A program made the translations under genes and the position numbers. DNA of 64,000 bases, from positions 186,001 through 250,000 of the forward strand of contig NIVC01000825.1 in NCBI GenBank assembly GCA_002269645.1, read 5' to 3'. This DNA is from Macrostomum lignano. Its lineage: Eukaryota. Under the pieces are notes generated by a model. The model was not told where the DNA came from. It searched no databases and worked only from the letters and a program-made list of their open reading frames with translations. Positions 1-12,600 of the stretch are shown piece after piece. Every line of letters begins with the position of its first letter. Positions within the stretch are counted from its first letter, which is position 1.

Positions 1-375
1 CAATGACAGTGAGTGACAATGACAGTTAGTGACAATGACAGTGAGTGACAATGACAGTGAGTGACAATGACAGTGAGTGACAATGACAGTGAGTGACAAT
101 GACAGTGAGTGACAATGACAGTGAGTGACAATGACAGTGAGTGACAATGACATTGAGTGACAATGACATTGAGTGACAATGACAGTGAGTGACAATGACA
201 GTGAGTGACAATGACATTGAGTGACAATGACAGTGAGTGACAATGACAGTGAGTGACAATGACAGTGAGTGACAATGACAGTGAGTGACAATGACATTGA
301 GTGACAATGACAGTGAGTGACAATGACAGTGAGTGACAATGACAGTGAGTGACAATGACAGTGAGTGACAATGCT
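1..375. repeat. 16-bp tandem array (CAATGACAGTGAGTGA)n, about 23 copies, runs off the window edge
   Basis: Period 16 read directly; degenerate copies continue to about 530. Confidence 0.95.
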
Positions 376-644
376 AGTGAGACTGAAATTTAGTGTGAGA
401 GTGATATTGAAATTCAGAATTTCGAGTGACAATAGTCGAGATGTTTGAGTGACAATTGGTGTGAGTGTGAAAATGGCAGTAAGAGTGACAATAGCACTAA
501 GTGTGACCAAATGAGTGACATTGAGAGTGAAAATAGAACTGAACAAATCAAATCAACCTTCAAAACCTAGAGTTGGCGGAAGCAAAAGTCATTGTCGGGA
601 ATTAGGCAAGGTAATAAATAATAAGTGAAGAGCATTCAACTCAC

Positions 645-3600
645 TCAGCGGTGTTGTGGCCCCCTGCTGATGGTGATTCTCCTGGTTGTCCGAGCGCCAA
701 GAATTGGCCGAGTGCTGCTGCTGCGGAGACGGCAGGTGGTCGCGGCTCAGGCTGGAATTGTTGCCAGCGCCTGTCCGCTTCGTAGGCACGTACTCCGTCT
801 TGGGCCGCTCGGCTGCCTCTCTGCGCCTGCGGCGGGTTGATCACGGCGGATGCAGGGGTGTGGATTCAGAAGCCTTATGACTTAGATTCTCGCTTAATTT
901 TTAGCGCGGAAATAAAAATCGGATATAATAACCTCGCTACTCTACTTACTAGTAGACTAGTAGAGTAGTGCGAGTGTCAATAAAATTCACAAAAGTTTAG
1001 GTATAAAGTTCTTGCCTGTACAACTGAATGACAATTAGCAATCCATTCTATTCCTTCATCCGGAATTGGCTAGATTAGCAATCCATTCTATTCCTTCATC
1101 CGTGTTTAGCTAGATTAGCAATCCATTCTATTCCTGCATCCGTGTTTGGCTAGATTAGCAATCCATTCTATTCCTGCATCCGTGTTTGGCTAGATTAGCA
1201 ATCCATTCTATTCCTGCATCCGTGATTGGCTAGATTAGCAATCCATTCTATTCCTGCATCCGTGTTTGGCTAGATTAGCAATCCATTCTATTCCTGCATC
1301 CGTGTTTGGCTAGATTAGCAATCCATTCTATTCCTGCATCCGTGTTTGGCTAGATTAGCAATCCATTCTATTCCTGCATCCGTGTTTGGCTAGATTAGCA
1401 ATCCATTCTATTCCTGCATCCGTGTTTGGCTAGATTAGCAATCCATTCTATTCCTGCATCCGTGTTTGGCTAGATTAGCAATCCATTCTATTCCTGCATC
1501 CGTGATTGGCAACATAATTCTACAATTATATCAAACTTATTTATTCTAAAAAAGTAGAAAACTTCTTTTGTTTCCAATTGGCCCTCATCAAAAGGAAGTT
1601 GCAAGACCAGTCAGCTTCATTTTATTCTGGCGGGAGGGGCCCAATTTATTCATTGGAAATAAAGAAAGTAGGCGGACAAAAATAATTCGACACCGATAAC
1701 TCCGATCCCCCCAAGAGGATTAAAGAGGCTGCGATGGGATGGGGTTCCGAGCGCCGGCGCCTCCCCTCCCGCGGGATCGGCACACTGTGGGAACTATATT
1801 GCTCCCGAATAGGACAGCTCTGGTCCGCTCTCGTTGGAGAAGACGAGAGCGGAGGCAGAAAGTTGCAGACGGAAGAAGACCGAGGCAAAGGCGAATGCGA
1901 AGACGGGGAGCCGGACAAGATGGACCGGAGAGAGCGGAGAGAGCGAGTGTGCGAGCTGGGAGAAACTAGGAAGAAATCCCCGAGTTGCGAGTTCGCTGAG
2001 CACTCTCTCTCTCTCTCTCTCTCCCTCTCCCTTCCCAATCTGTCTCTGCATCTCTCAGCCTAAGCCCGAGAGCCCGAACTGCCTCCATAAGCCTGATGCA
2101 AACTCGCATCACGCAAGGCGGCCGGCACTGACAAGGGCGCATATAGGGCATATAAGTATGAGTCCTAATATGGAATCCAACTCAGGGGGGATGCTGACAT
2201 CAAGCAGATTAAACCGTTCCCCACATCTCAAAACAAATCAAAGTCTATAATAGCAATTGGAAAATCATCAGTTCTAACAGATACTCGTAAATCTGTCAGA
2301 TGAGCGTTGAGCAGCCAATCTCGCCGCACTACCATATAAGGCAAAGGGAAATAGTTGCCGAAAGTAATACTTGCCCAACAGGCTAAAAATAGATTCGACT
2401 TCACAATGGGACACGCCAGATCGATAGAGAATCCAAGCCATTCACACTTAGTCCAGGCGCTTTCCTCTCTGCATGGGCATCCAGCAGCCGCCCACGCTGC
2501 CTTCATCTCCGCCATTAACCCCTCCCCTCAACCTCAAGCATCGTCTCTTCATCTCCATTCTGTTTGCAATTTCTTTTTCTCACTTCCTAACGGCCACCTA
2601 GAGTAGCGCGAGGTTAACCTGGACTAGGGGGCTAAAATCGATGGACTGCATACTCACATATGGGGCTATTTTTGGCTGCGGATTTATTTATAGACTGTCC
2701 GAATTGGACAGGTTGAGGACAGGCTGCGCCGATGGATTGCTGATCTATGTGGATTGCTAATCTATCTATGAGGATTGCTAATCTATCTATGAGGATTGCT
2801 AATCTATCTATGAGGATTTCTAATCTATGAGGATTGCTTATCTATCTATGAGGATTGCTAATCTATCTATGCGGGTTGTGTGAATCTATCAATCTGTCTA
2901 TCTATGTGTGAATTGTTAAGGGATTGCTAATCTATGTGGATTGCTAATCTATCTGGGTGGATTGCTAATCTATGAGGATTGCTAATCTATCTATGAGGAT
3001 TGCTAATCTATCTATGCGGATTGCTAATCTATCTATGAGGATTGCTAATCTATCTATGAGGATTGCTAATCTATCTATGCGGATTGTGTGAATCTATCTA
3101 TCTATCTATGTGTGAATTGTTAAGGGATTGCTAATCTATGTGGATTGCTAATCTATCTGGGTGGATTGCTAATCTATGTGGATTGCTAATCTATCTGGGT
3201 GGATTGCTAATCTATGTGGATTGCTAATCTATGTGGATTGCTAATCTATCAATTTGGATTACTAATCTATCTATGAGGATTGCTAATTTATCTTTGTGGA
3301 TTGCTAATCTATCAATTTGGATTAGTAATTTATCTATGTGGATTGCTAATTTTTCTATGTGGATTCTTAATCTATGTAAATTGCTAATTTATCTATATGG
3401 ATTGCTAATCCATCAATGCAGATTGTTAATCAATGTGGATTGCTAATCTATCTATGGGGATTGCTAATCGATCTGTGTAGATTGCTAATCTACAAGATGC
3501 ATGTATCTAACCTAATTAAAGTACACAGGCTCATTCAGTATGCTTAAAATTCAGTAGTAATTCTGTGTTTCCCAGAAAAACTATTCAGCTCAGCGAACCC

Positions 3601-6600
3601 CCTTCCCCAGTCCCGCGTGGCCCAATCGCGAGAGCCAATCGAGTAAATGGACCCCCGAGCGCCGCTCTGCCTGTCGGCTTCAGAGCGCTCCAAGGAATTT
3701 TTCAATCGCTTGATGGCTGATTTACTCATTTGTTAATTAGTTCAGAATTGAGGACTAAGTAAAAAATAGATTAGCAATATGCGGCGCCTATTGATGCGTT
3801 GATAATTATATTGATAATGAAAGGTTAGTAACCCAATGGAAATGAGTTTAACAGAGAATAAAGTAAACAAGTCTTTGTGGACCAAGTACTTTTTAAAGAG
3901 ATAGTGATAGATTAACAATACCAACAGATAGATTAGCAACCCCCATTGACAGATTAGCAATCCACATAGATAAATTAGCAATCCACACAGATAGATTAGC
4001 AATCCACACAGATAGATTAGCAATCCACACAGATAGATTAGCAACCCACACAGATAGATTAGAAATCTACATAGATAGATTAGCAATCCACACAGATAGA
4101 TTAGCAATCCACACAGATAGATTAGCAATCCACACAGATTAGATTAGCAATCCACACAGATTAGATTAGCAATCCACACTGATAGATTAGCAATCCTCAT
4201 AGATAGATTAGCAGTCCACACAGATTAGATTAGCAATCCGCACTGATAGATTAGCAATCCTCATAGATAGATTAGCAGTCCACACTGATAGATTAGCAAT
4301 CCTCATAGATAGATTAGCAGTCCACACTGATAGATTAGCAGTCCACACAGACACTTAACCCAGTAGAAATCGGTGGCTCACTTCTCTTCAAGCCGCTGCT
4401 GCAGGTCGGACAGAATCCGCACCGCCTCCTGGTGATAGACGACCTCGGACGATACAAACTCGTACAGAGCGGCGATGTGCTCAGCCTGCGCGCAAAGTTT
4501 TGAGTCATTTGTTCGAGTTAGATTATTTTAATCGATACTTTCACAGAAAAGAATTTAAAACTGCTAGCCAAATCAACAACTCACATCGGAATTGAGAAAG
4601 TTGATCATGGCATTTTCGGCCAGGTTTTTGCTCTCAACGAATTTCTCTTCGGCCATGTGCAGCTCCTCCTCGGGGTTCTTCGATCCTCCCGCTGCGGAAG
4701 GGCGAGCATCGGAGATTATCGAGAGTGGGGATTTGAGACAAGAGAGCGCTGGCGATCAAAATTCGAGATTGATCAGACTAAGGATCGATCAGATTCGGGA
4801 TTGATCAGATTCGGGATTGATCAGATTCGGGATTGATCAGACTCGGGATTGATCAGATTCGGGATTGATCAGATTCGGGATCGATCAGACTCGGGATTGA
4901 TCAGATTCGGGATTGATCAGATTCGGGATTGATCAGATTCGGTATTGATCAGATTCGGGATTGATCAGATTCGGGATTGATCAGACTCGGGATTGATCAG
5001 ACTCGGGATTGATCAGACTAGGGATTGATCAGACTCGGGATTGATCAGACTAGGGATTGATCAGATTCGGGATTGATCAGACTCGGGATTGATCAGACTC
5101 GGGATTGATCAGATTCGGGATTGATCAGATTCGGGATTGATCAGATTCGGGATTGATCAGATTCGGGATTGATCAGATTCGGGATTGATCAGATTCGGTA
5201 TTGATCAGATTCGGGATTGATCAGATTCGGGATTGATCAGACTCGGGATTGATCAGATTCGGGATTGATCAGATTCGAGATTGATCAGATTCGGGATTGA
5301 TCAGATTCGGGATTGATCAGATTCGGGATTGATCAGATTCGGGATTGATCAGATTCGAGATTGATCAGATTCGGGATTGATCAGATTCGGGATTGATCAG
5401 ATTCGGGATTGATCAGATTCGGGATTGATCAGATTCGGTATTGATCAGATTCGGGATTGATCAGATTCGGGATTGATCAGACTCGGGATTGATCAGACTC
5501 GGGATTGATCAGACTAGGGATTGATCAGACTCGGGATTGATCAGACTAGGGATTGATCAGATTCGGGATTGATCAGACTCGGGATTGATCAGACTCGGGA
5601 TTGATCAGATTCGGGATTGATCAGATTCGGGATTGATCAGATTCGGGATTGATCAGATTCGGGATTGATCAGATTCGGGATTGATCAGATTCGGTATTGA
5701 TCAGATTCGGGATTGATCAGATTCGGGATTGATCAGACTCGGGATTGATCAGATTCGGGATTGATCAGATTCGAGATTGATCAGATTCGGGATTGATCAG
5801 ATTCGGGATTGATCAGATTCGGGATTGATCAGATTCGGGATTGATCAGATTCGAGATTGATCAGATTCGGGATTGATCAGATTCGGGATTGATCAGATTC
5901 GGGATTGATCAGATTCGGGATTGATCAGATTCGGGATTGATCAGATTCGGGATTGATCAGATTCGGGATTGATCAGATTCGGGATTGATCAGATTCGGGA
6001 TTGATCAGATTCGGGATTGATCAGATTCGGGATTGATCAGATTCGGGATTGATCAGATTCGGGATTGATCAGATTCGGGATTGATCAGATTCGGGATTGA
6101 TCAGATTCGGGATTGATCAGATTCGAGATTGATCAGATTCGGGATTGATCAGATTCGGGATTGATCAGATTCGGGATTGATCAGATTCGGGATTGATCAG
6201 ATTCGGGATTGATCAGATTCGGGATTGATCAGATTCGGGATTGATCAGATTCGGGATTGATCAGATTCGGGATTGATCAGATTCTTTACGAGCGCAATTT
6301 CGATTAAGGGAAGTGAGATAGTTGAGAAGCTTGAGCATGTTGATAGGGTATACAAACAAAAAAATATCATAGTAAAATGAAATACGAAGCTTTACTGGAC
6401 TAAGCACTGCCATGGGGTTACAAAGATACAATGGAGAAACAACAGAAAGTCTACTTAAGCAGCAACTAAACTAATAAATGAATATCATCACATCCAGGCT
6501 TTCACACCTCTCGCTACATCCGTTGTTCAAATCACTTTAACTCGCGCAATAATATTTCTCTCGATTGGAATTATCACGACTCCATCATCACCCCGCCCAT

Positions 6601-9600
6601 TTCTGCAGCATTTTGAGAATCTTTTCCCAGTAAAAACTGGGGACAAAAAAGGAAACCTCAAGGTCGGCCAGTGGGCGAGAAGAATAAATGCAGACAGCTC
6701 AGATGATGCAGAAATCTGGGGTGGGAGCGGAGGAGAGGAAGGGAAGAATCAGACACACTGCAAAAAGCAAAAGCGATCCCAGGGCCTCTTCGCTCCCTAA
6801 TCCTATAATGCGCTTCCTTCGAATCCTAATCTCTTTCCACAGCTCCCCTCTCCTGCATCGCTCCCTATCCTCCTCGCAGGTCAAAATGGTGCACAGGGAC
6901 AGAGGAAGGGACTACCGATATGTAGTGTAGTTTACATAAAAGTAAATATTAAAACGTTTTACTGCAGCTCGAGCTCACTAAATATATCCCAGCTAAAAGT
7001 GTTCTAAAGATAGATGGACGGATGGAAAGGGCGGCGGAGATTGAAAAGGAGCAATAAATCTTCTTCAAAGTCTGACAAGTTGCACTCGAGGGTGTGTACG
7101 CGCCTGTAGCGTATAAGGGGTTTTTCTGCCCAGACTCGCAATTTTTTAGAGGGAAGGAGTGGCAGAGGGAGTGCCACTCGAGAGAGTCCGATACTCTAGC
7201 ACTAACCCCCGATCTGCCCAGCCTCACCCTCGCCATCAGCATTCGAACTATTTGCTTCTCAGCCTCTGATCCTCCTCTCTCAGCTGCTTCTCTCGCCATC
7301 CCAGCGAGTTATATTTTCCATTTCTCTATAGCTAAGCCAAGCACGCACCCACCCCAGCGCCCCGCGCCAGGTCAAAACTGCAGGCTATGCAAAACTTGGC
7401 GGGGATGAGGCGGGGTGGGATGCTGAGACTGAGGCCGAATAAGTGCAGCTTTTCTATAGAATAGTTCGTGCTCTCTAAGGAGAAACTATAGCTATAATAC
7501 GAATGCAGCTCATAAATATAGACTCTCACAAGGCAGCAGGAAATTGATGAGGATTAGTTGTGTTAATTCATATCACAGCAATACGATGCCACTTCCTCAA
7601 ATATCTTTCCGAGAAATTGAAGCATCTAATAATTTTCTTAAAATGTGATTTATTAACGCTAATTAGTACCGATTTCCACATTCACTACGCTGTATATCAG
7701 CGCGCAGTATTATTAGGCGCGCAGTATCATTAAGCGCGCAGTATCATTAAGCGCGCAGTATCATTAAGCGCGCAGTATCATTAGGCGCGCAGTATCATTA
7801 GGCGCACAGTATCAATAAGCGCGCAGTATCATTAAGCGCGCAGTATCATTAAGCGCGCAGTATCATTAGGCGCACAGTATCATTAGGCGCGCCAGAGCAT
7901 ATTGTTTTTATATTTGTATTGCAGCACAGTAAAACTAACTGGGATCGCATGCAGTCTTTGCAAAGTCTTTGTCTATTAAAATATTACGACACTTTAATAG
8001 TTGAATTTAGTACAAAGTATAGTACAAAATTTTAATTAGTACACGGCGTACTCTATACACGATGACAACCCAGTGCGCTCTTATGCGTTAAAAAATTGAC
8101 TTCAAACGAGAGAAAAATGTAAAGAAAGGAAATTAGATGGGGAAAATAGGAGAGACAGAGAGGGTTAGGACTCGGGTAACCCCTCCAATCCCTGAATTGC
8201 TGCACAATATGCCTGCTCGAAGCAAAAGCAAACAATGGGCCGAGAGGGCAGCCAGTTGTTGTGTAAAAATCAAGCAACGGGACGGGTCAAACGGGCCAGA
8301 AAAGATTGGGGGAAAATGCCTGAGCAAACTGGGCGAAGCGGGGGAGCGAGAGAGAGGGGGGCGTAAATCCCTCACTCGTCTCCCCGTGACCCTGACGAGG
8401 TCTTAGCGCAATCTCAGCTGCTTCCCTCATCTACAGCTGCCTACATCTGCAGTTAGTACACTGGAGGTACACAGACCTCGCCTACAAGCAAGGCAAGTCG
8501 CCCCAACTGATGTTGCCTAGTAGGCATCGGGACTCAAGCGGGGTCCGGAATGAAGAATTAAGAGATGAAAAAAGGGACAGACAAGCGGGATTTGATGGAG
8601 GAGAGAAAGCTGCGAGACAGCGAGAGTGAGAGAACACTACTGTGCTCGCACCGGGTGAGAGACTTCAACGAGAAAGGAGAGAGGGGGGAGTGAGGCAGAA
8701 GAGGCAAAGTACGGCGGCGATTTAGGATGAATAGGGAAAAGACGAGAGACGGGACGAGAGAGAAGAGCAGGCGCAGGGTGTCCGGGCAGGCAGTAGAGGA
8801 GTTTGAGCACGGGAAAGGGGATGAGGGAGGAGCGCATTAGCTCTGTCAGCCTCTCTGAGCTCCATTGCCAGTGGTATTGATTTGGGAAGGCTAAAGGGGT
8901 AGGCAGAGCCGGAGTCTCCCGCTAGGCTGCTATTCCGACTGTACAAGCCAAGAGGCGGTGACTGAGGTGACTGGGGGGGGTGGGGTTGGAGGGGGTGAGG
9001 GCGAAGGCGGCCGAGAGAAAGATGCAGAGCACAGACGGATACGGACAGGCTGGGAGATTTCAGGAGTGAGTCTGGAGCCCAGACTAAAGAGAAAGGCTAG
9101 TCTTAGTAGCCTGGTCTCAGTATGGCGCTGCTGGAATTTCAACAGTACAGCGCACATTGATTATATATTGCTACCATATTAATGCTCAATTAGATTACGA
9201 GAGAAGAGAGAGATGGAGAGATGAGGGCCCTGACAGCAAGGGATATTAGAAAACTAGGCTGCTTACTGCAGCCCTGCTTACCCACTACTCAATATTAATC
9301 CAATAGACTACGCGAACTATGAAATTTTCAATCATAAAATTGACAATATCTCCTCTGCTAGTGATTCAAACTTGGCGCTAGATAAAAACGAAACACGAGA
9401 ATTGGAGTTGCGTTCTCTAGGCATAGAGACGGAAATAGAGAAGGAGATGGAGAGGGAGATAGAATAAGATAGAGAGGCAGATATAGAGGGAGAGAGAGAG
9501 GGAGAGAGAGGGAGAGAGAGGGGAGAGAGGGAGAGAGGGAGAGAGAGGAGGAGGGAGAGGGGGAGAGAGAGGGGGAGAGTGGGGGAGAGAGGAGGGCACC

Positions 9601-12600
9601 TCCAATCTCAGTCGCTGATACGGTGAAAAAAGAGCTGATAAGTCAATTATTTAATATTGCCGATATTTCGAATTTGGTAAATTATTGGTCAAGGTGAATA
9701 AACCCACACCTCAGACCCATGTGAGATGTTGTCCATTATCGATTTAATGTGAAACAAAACTAACAAACTCCCTATTCAGATAATGCATCTTGCATCGAAA
9801 TCCGGCCTCAACTGAAAGTGAGGCTGATCCATAATACACCCAGGTAAAACTTCTGGCCGCAGTTTAAACAGGGCATAATACAGCCAGGTAAAACTTCTGG
9901 CCGCAGTTTAAACAGGGCATAATACAGCCAGGTAAAACTTCTGGCCGCAGTTTAAACAGGGCATAATACAGCCAGGTAAAACTTCTGGCCGCAGTTTAAA
10001 CAGGGCATAATACAGCCAGGTAAAACTTCTGGCCGCAGTTTAAACAGGGCATAACACAGCCAGGTAAAACTTCTGGCCGCAGTTTAAACAGGGCATAATA
10101 CAGCCAGGTAAAAACTTCTGGCCGCAGTTTAAACAGGGCATAATACAGCCAGGTAAAACTTCTGGCCGCAGTTTAAACAGGGCATAATACAGCCAGGTAA
10201 AACTTCTGGCCGCAGTTTAAACAGGGCATAATACAGCCAGGTAAAACTTCTGGCCGCAGTTTAAACAGGGCATAATACAGCCAGGTAAAACTTCTGGCCG
10301 CAGTTTAAACAGGGCATAATACAGCCAGGTAAAACTTCTGGCCGCAGTTTAAACAGGGCATAATACAGCCAGGTAAAACTTCTGGCCGCAGTTTAAACAG
10401 GGCATAATACAGCCAGGTAAAAACTTCTGGCCGCAGTTTAAACAGGGCATAATACAGCCAGGTAAAAACTTCTGGCCGCAGTTTAAACAGGGCATAATAC
10501 AGCCAGGTAAAACTTCTGGCAGCAGTTTAAACTGGGCAACTAGAAATAACAGAAAAATCAAAAAGCAAAGATTACGGAAATAAGAGAAAAACAAACAATT
10601 AAAGACTAAGGAATACCACATTGAAACATAAAAAAATGAACTAGAGAGTATAGGCGCGGAATGCGTGCGCTGTGCTATGGCACTGCAGCGACCACTTACC
10701 GCCGCCTGAATTTGATGATGCGGGGATGCCGGTTGAGACACATTTTTATTAAACCAAATATACATACTGAGCACTAATTATTGTCCTTAAGAGGTTTCTA
10801 AAGGCTGTAAATGAGGTTTTCCCGCAGGAGGTTTTCCCGCAGGAGGTTTTCCCGCAGGGCTTTTTGCAGTCGGAATTTCAAGTCAAATCCAATCAGATTT
10901 GAAATCTAGTCTATTTGTAATCTAGTCTAGTTTTTAATCTAGTCTAGTTTATGTCTAGTCTAGTTTTTAATCTAGTCTAGTTTATGTCTAGTCTAGCCTA
11001 GTCTAGGCCTGTTCTAATCTAGTCTAGTTTTTAATCTAGTCTAGTTCTAATCTAGTCTAGTTTTTAATCTAATTTAGTTCTAATCTAGTCTAGTTTTTAA
11101 TCTAGTCTAGTTTATGTCTAGTCTAGCCTAGCCTAGGCCAGTTCTAATCTAGTCTAGTTTTTAATCTAGTCTAGTTTATGTCTAGTCTAGTTTTTAATCT
11201 AGTCTAGTTTATGTCTAGTCTAGTTTTTAATCTAGTCTAGTTTATGTCTAGTCTAGCCTAGTCTAGGCTGGCCCTCCTGTGTGTGAATCGCCCCAGAACC
11301 CCCTGGGCCAATTTTGGTGCACACCAGCCCCAAATGAATGTGGGCCGCGCAAGGATTCGAACCAGGGGCCTTGGCTGGAGAGTCAGATGCGTTTAGCACT
11401 GAGCTGCCCTGCCCTCGACCCCCCTAACCTCATTATTGCGCTTCTTACCTTTGCGCTTCTTGCAGTCAAAGTCAAGCCGGCGGCCTTCCAGCTTCTTGCG
11501 ATGATGCTGAATCAAGTTTTATGATCCAAAAGGAAATTGTTACGTTGCAACTGTCTAATTCATAAATGTCAATAGCAAATGCAAAAGCAACAAGACAGTT
11601 TCTCCTTACATTGATCTCCTTGATTTCTCGGTGCTGCAAGCTGGTGAACGGGTCTAGAAAGTTCTGCTTAACATTGTCCTCAAGACTGTACTTGATCTCC
11701 GCCATCTGCTTGTACGCCTCGCCTCCGTCTACTAAAGCGTTGCCTAAAAAAGCAGAAGGGGCAGGTTGAAAGCAGTGAAAGTCATAAACTCATTGATAAT
11801 GCTATTTGAAGACTTTAAATATTTCTAATAAAGTGCTTCTACCGCAAGCACGGTTGAAAAAGTTCGACTGCAGATTTAATGCAATACTAAAGAATAACAT
11901 GAAAGTGTACGAGCGTAGTACGCCCACTGAAGTACTGAGGCGAAGGTAGTACACTCACTGAGGAACGATGGGGAGGGCAGCACACTCACTGAGAAACAAA
12001 GGGGAGGGCAGCACACCCAACTAAGAAACAATGGGGAGGGCAGCACACGCGCTGAGAAACAATGGGGAGGGCTGCACACCCAACTGAGAAACAAAGGGGA
12101 GGGCAGCACACCCAACTGAGAAACAAAGGGGAGGGCAGCACACCCAACTAAGAAACAATGGGGAGGGCAGCACACGCGCTGAGAAACAATGGGGAGGGCA
12201 GAACACCCAACTGAGAAACAATGGGGAGGGCAGCACACCCAACTGAGAAACAATGGGGAGGGCAGCACACCCAACTGAGAAACAATGGGGAGGGCAGCAC
12301 ACCCAACTGAGAAACAAAGGGGAGGGCAGCTCACGCGCTGAGAAACAATGGGGAGGGCTGCACACCCAACTGAGAAACAATGGGGAGGGCAGAACACCCA
12401 ACTGAGAAACAAAGGGGAGGGCAGCACACGCGCTGAGAAACAAAGGGGAGGGCAGCACACCCAACTGAGAAACAATGGGGAGGGCAGCACACCCAACTGA
12501 GAAACAAAGGGGAGGGCAGCACACCCAACTGAGAAACAAAGGGGAGGGCAGCACACCCAACTGAGAAACAAAGGGGAGGGCAGCACACCCAACTGAGAAA

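Noticed and set aside
540-566. Terminal endophilin exon ending SFEG-stop without an SH3 domain
   Set aside because: It rests on one ctctag acceptor; an SH3 exon beyond the window edge is more likely.
9838-10535. CRISPR-like appearance of the 44-, 40-, 32- and 31-bp arrays
   Set aside because: Units are head-to-tail with no unique spacers and no cas genes.
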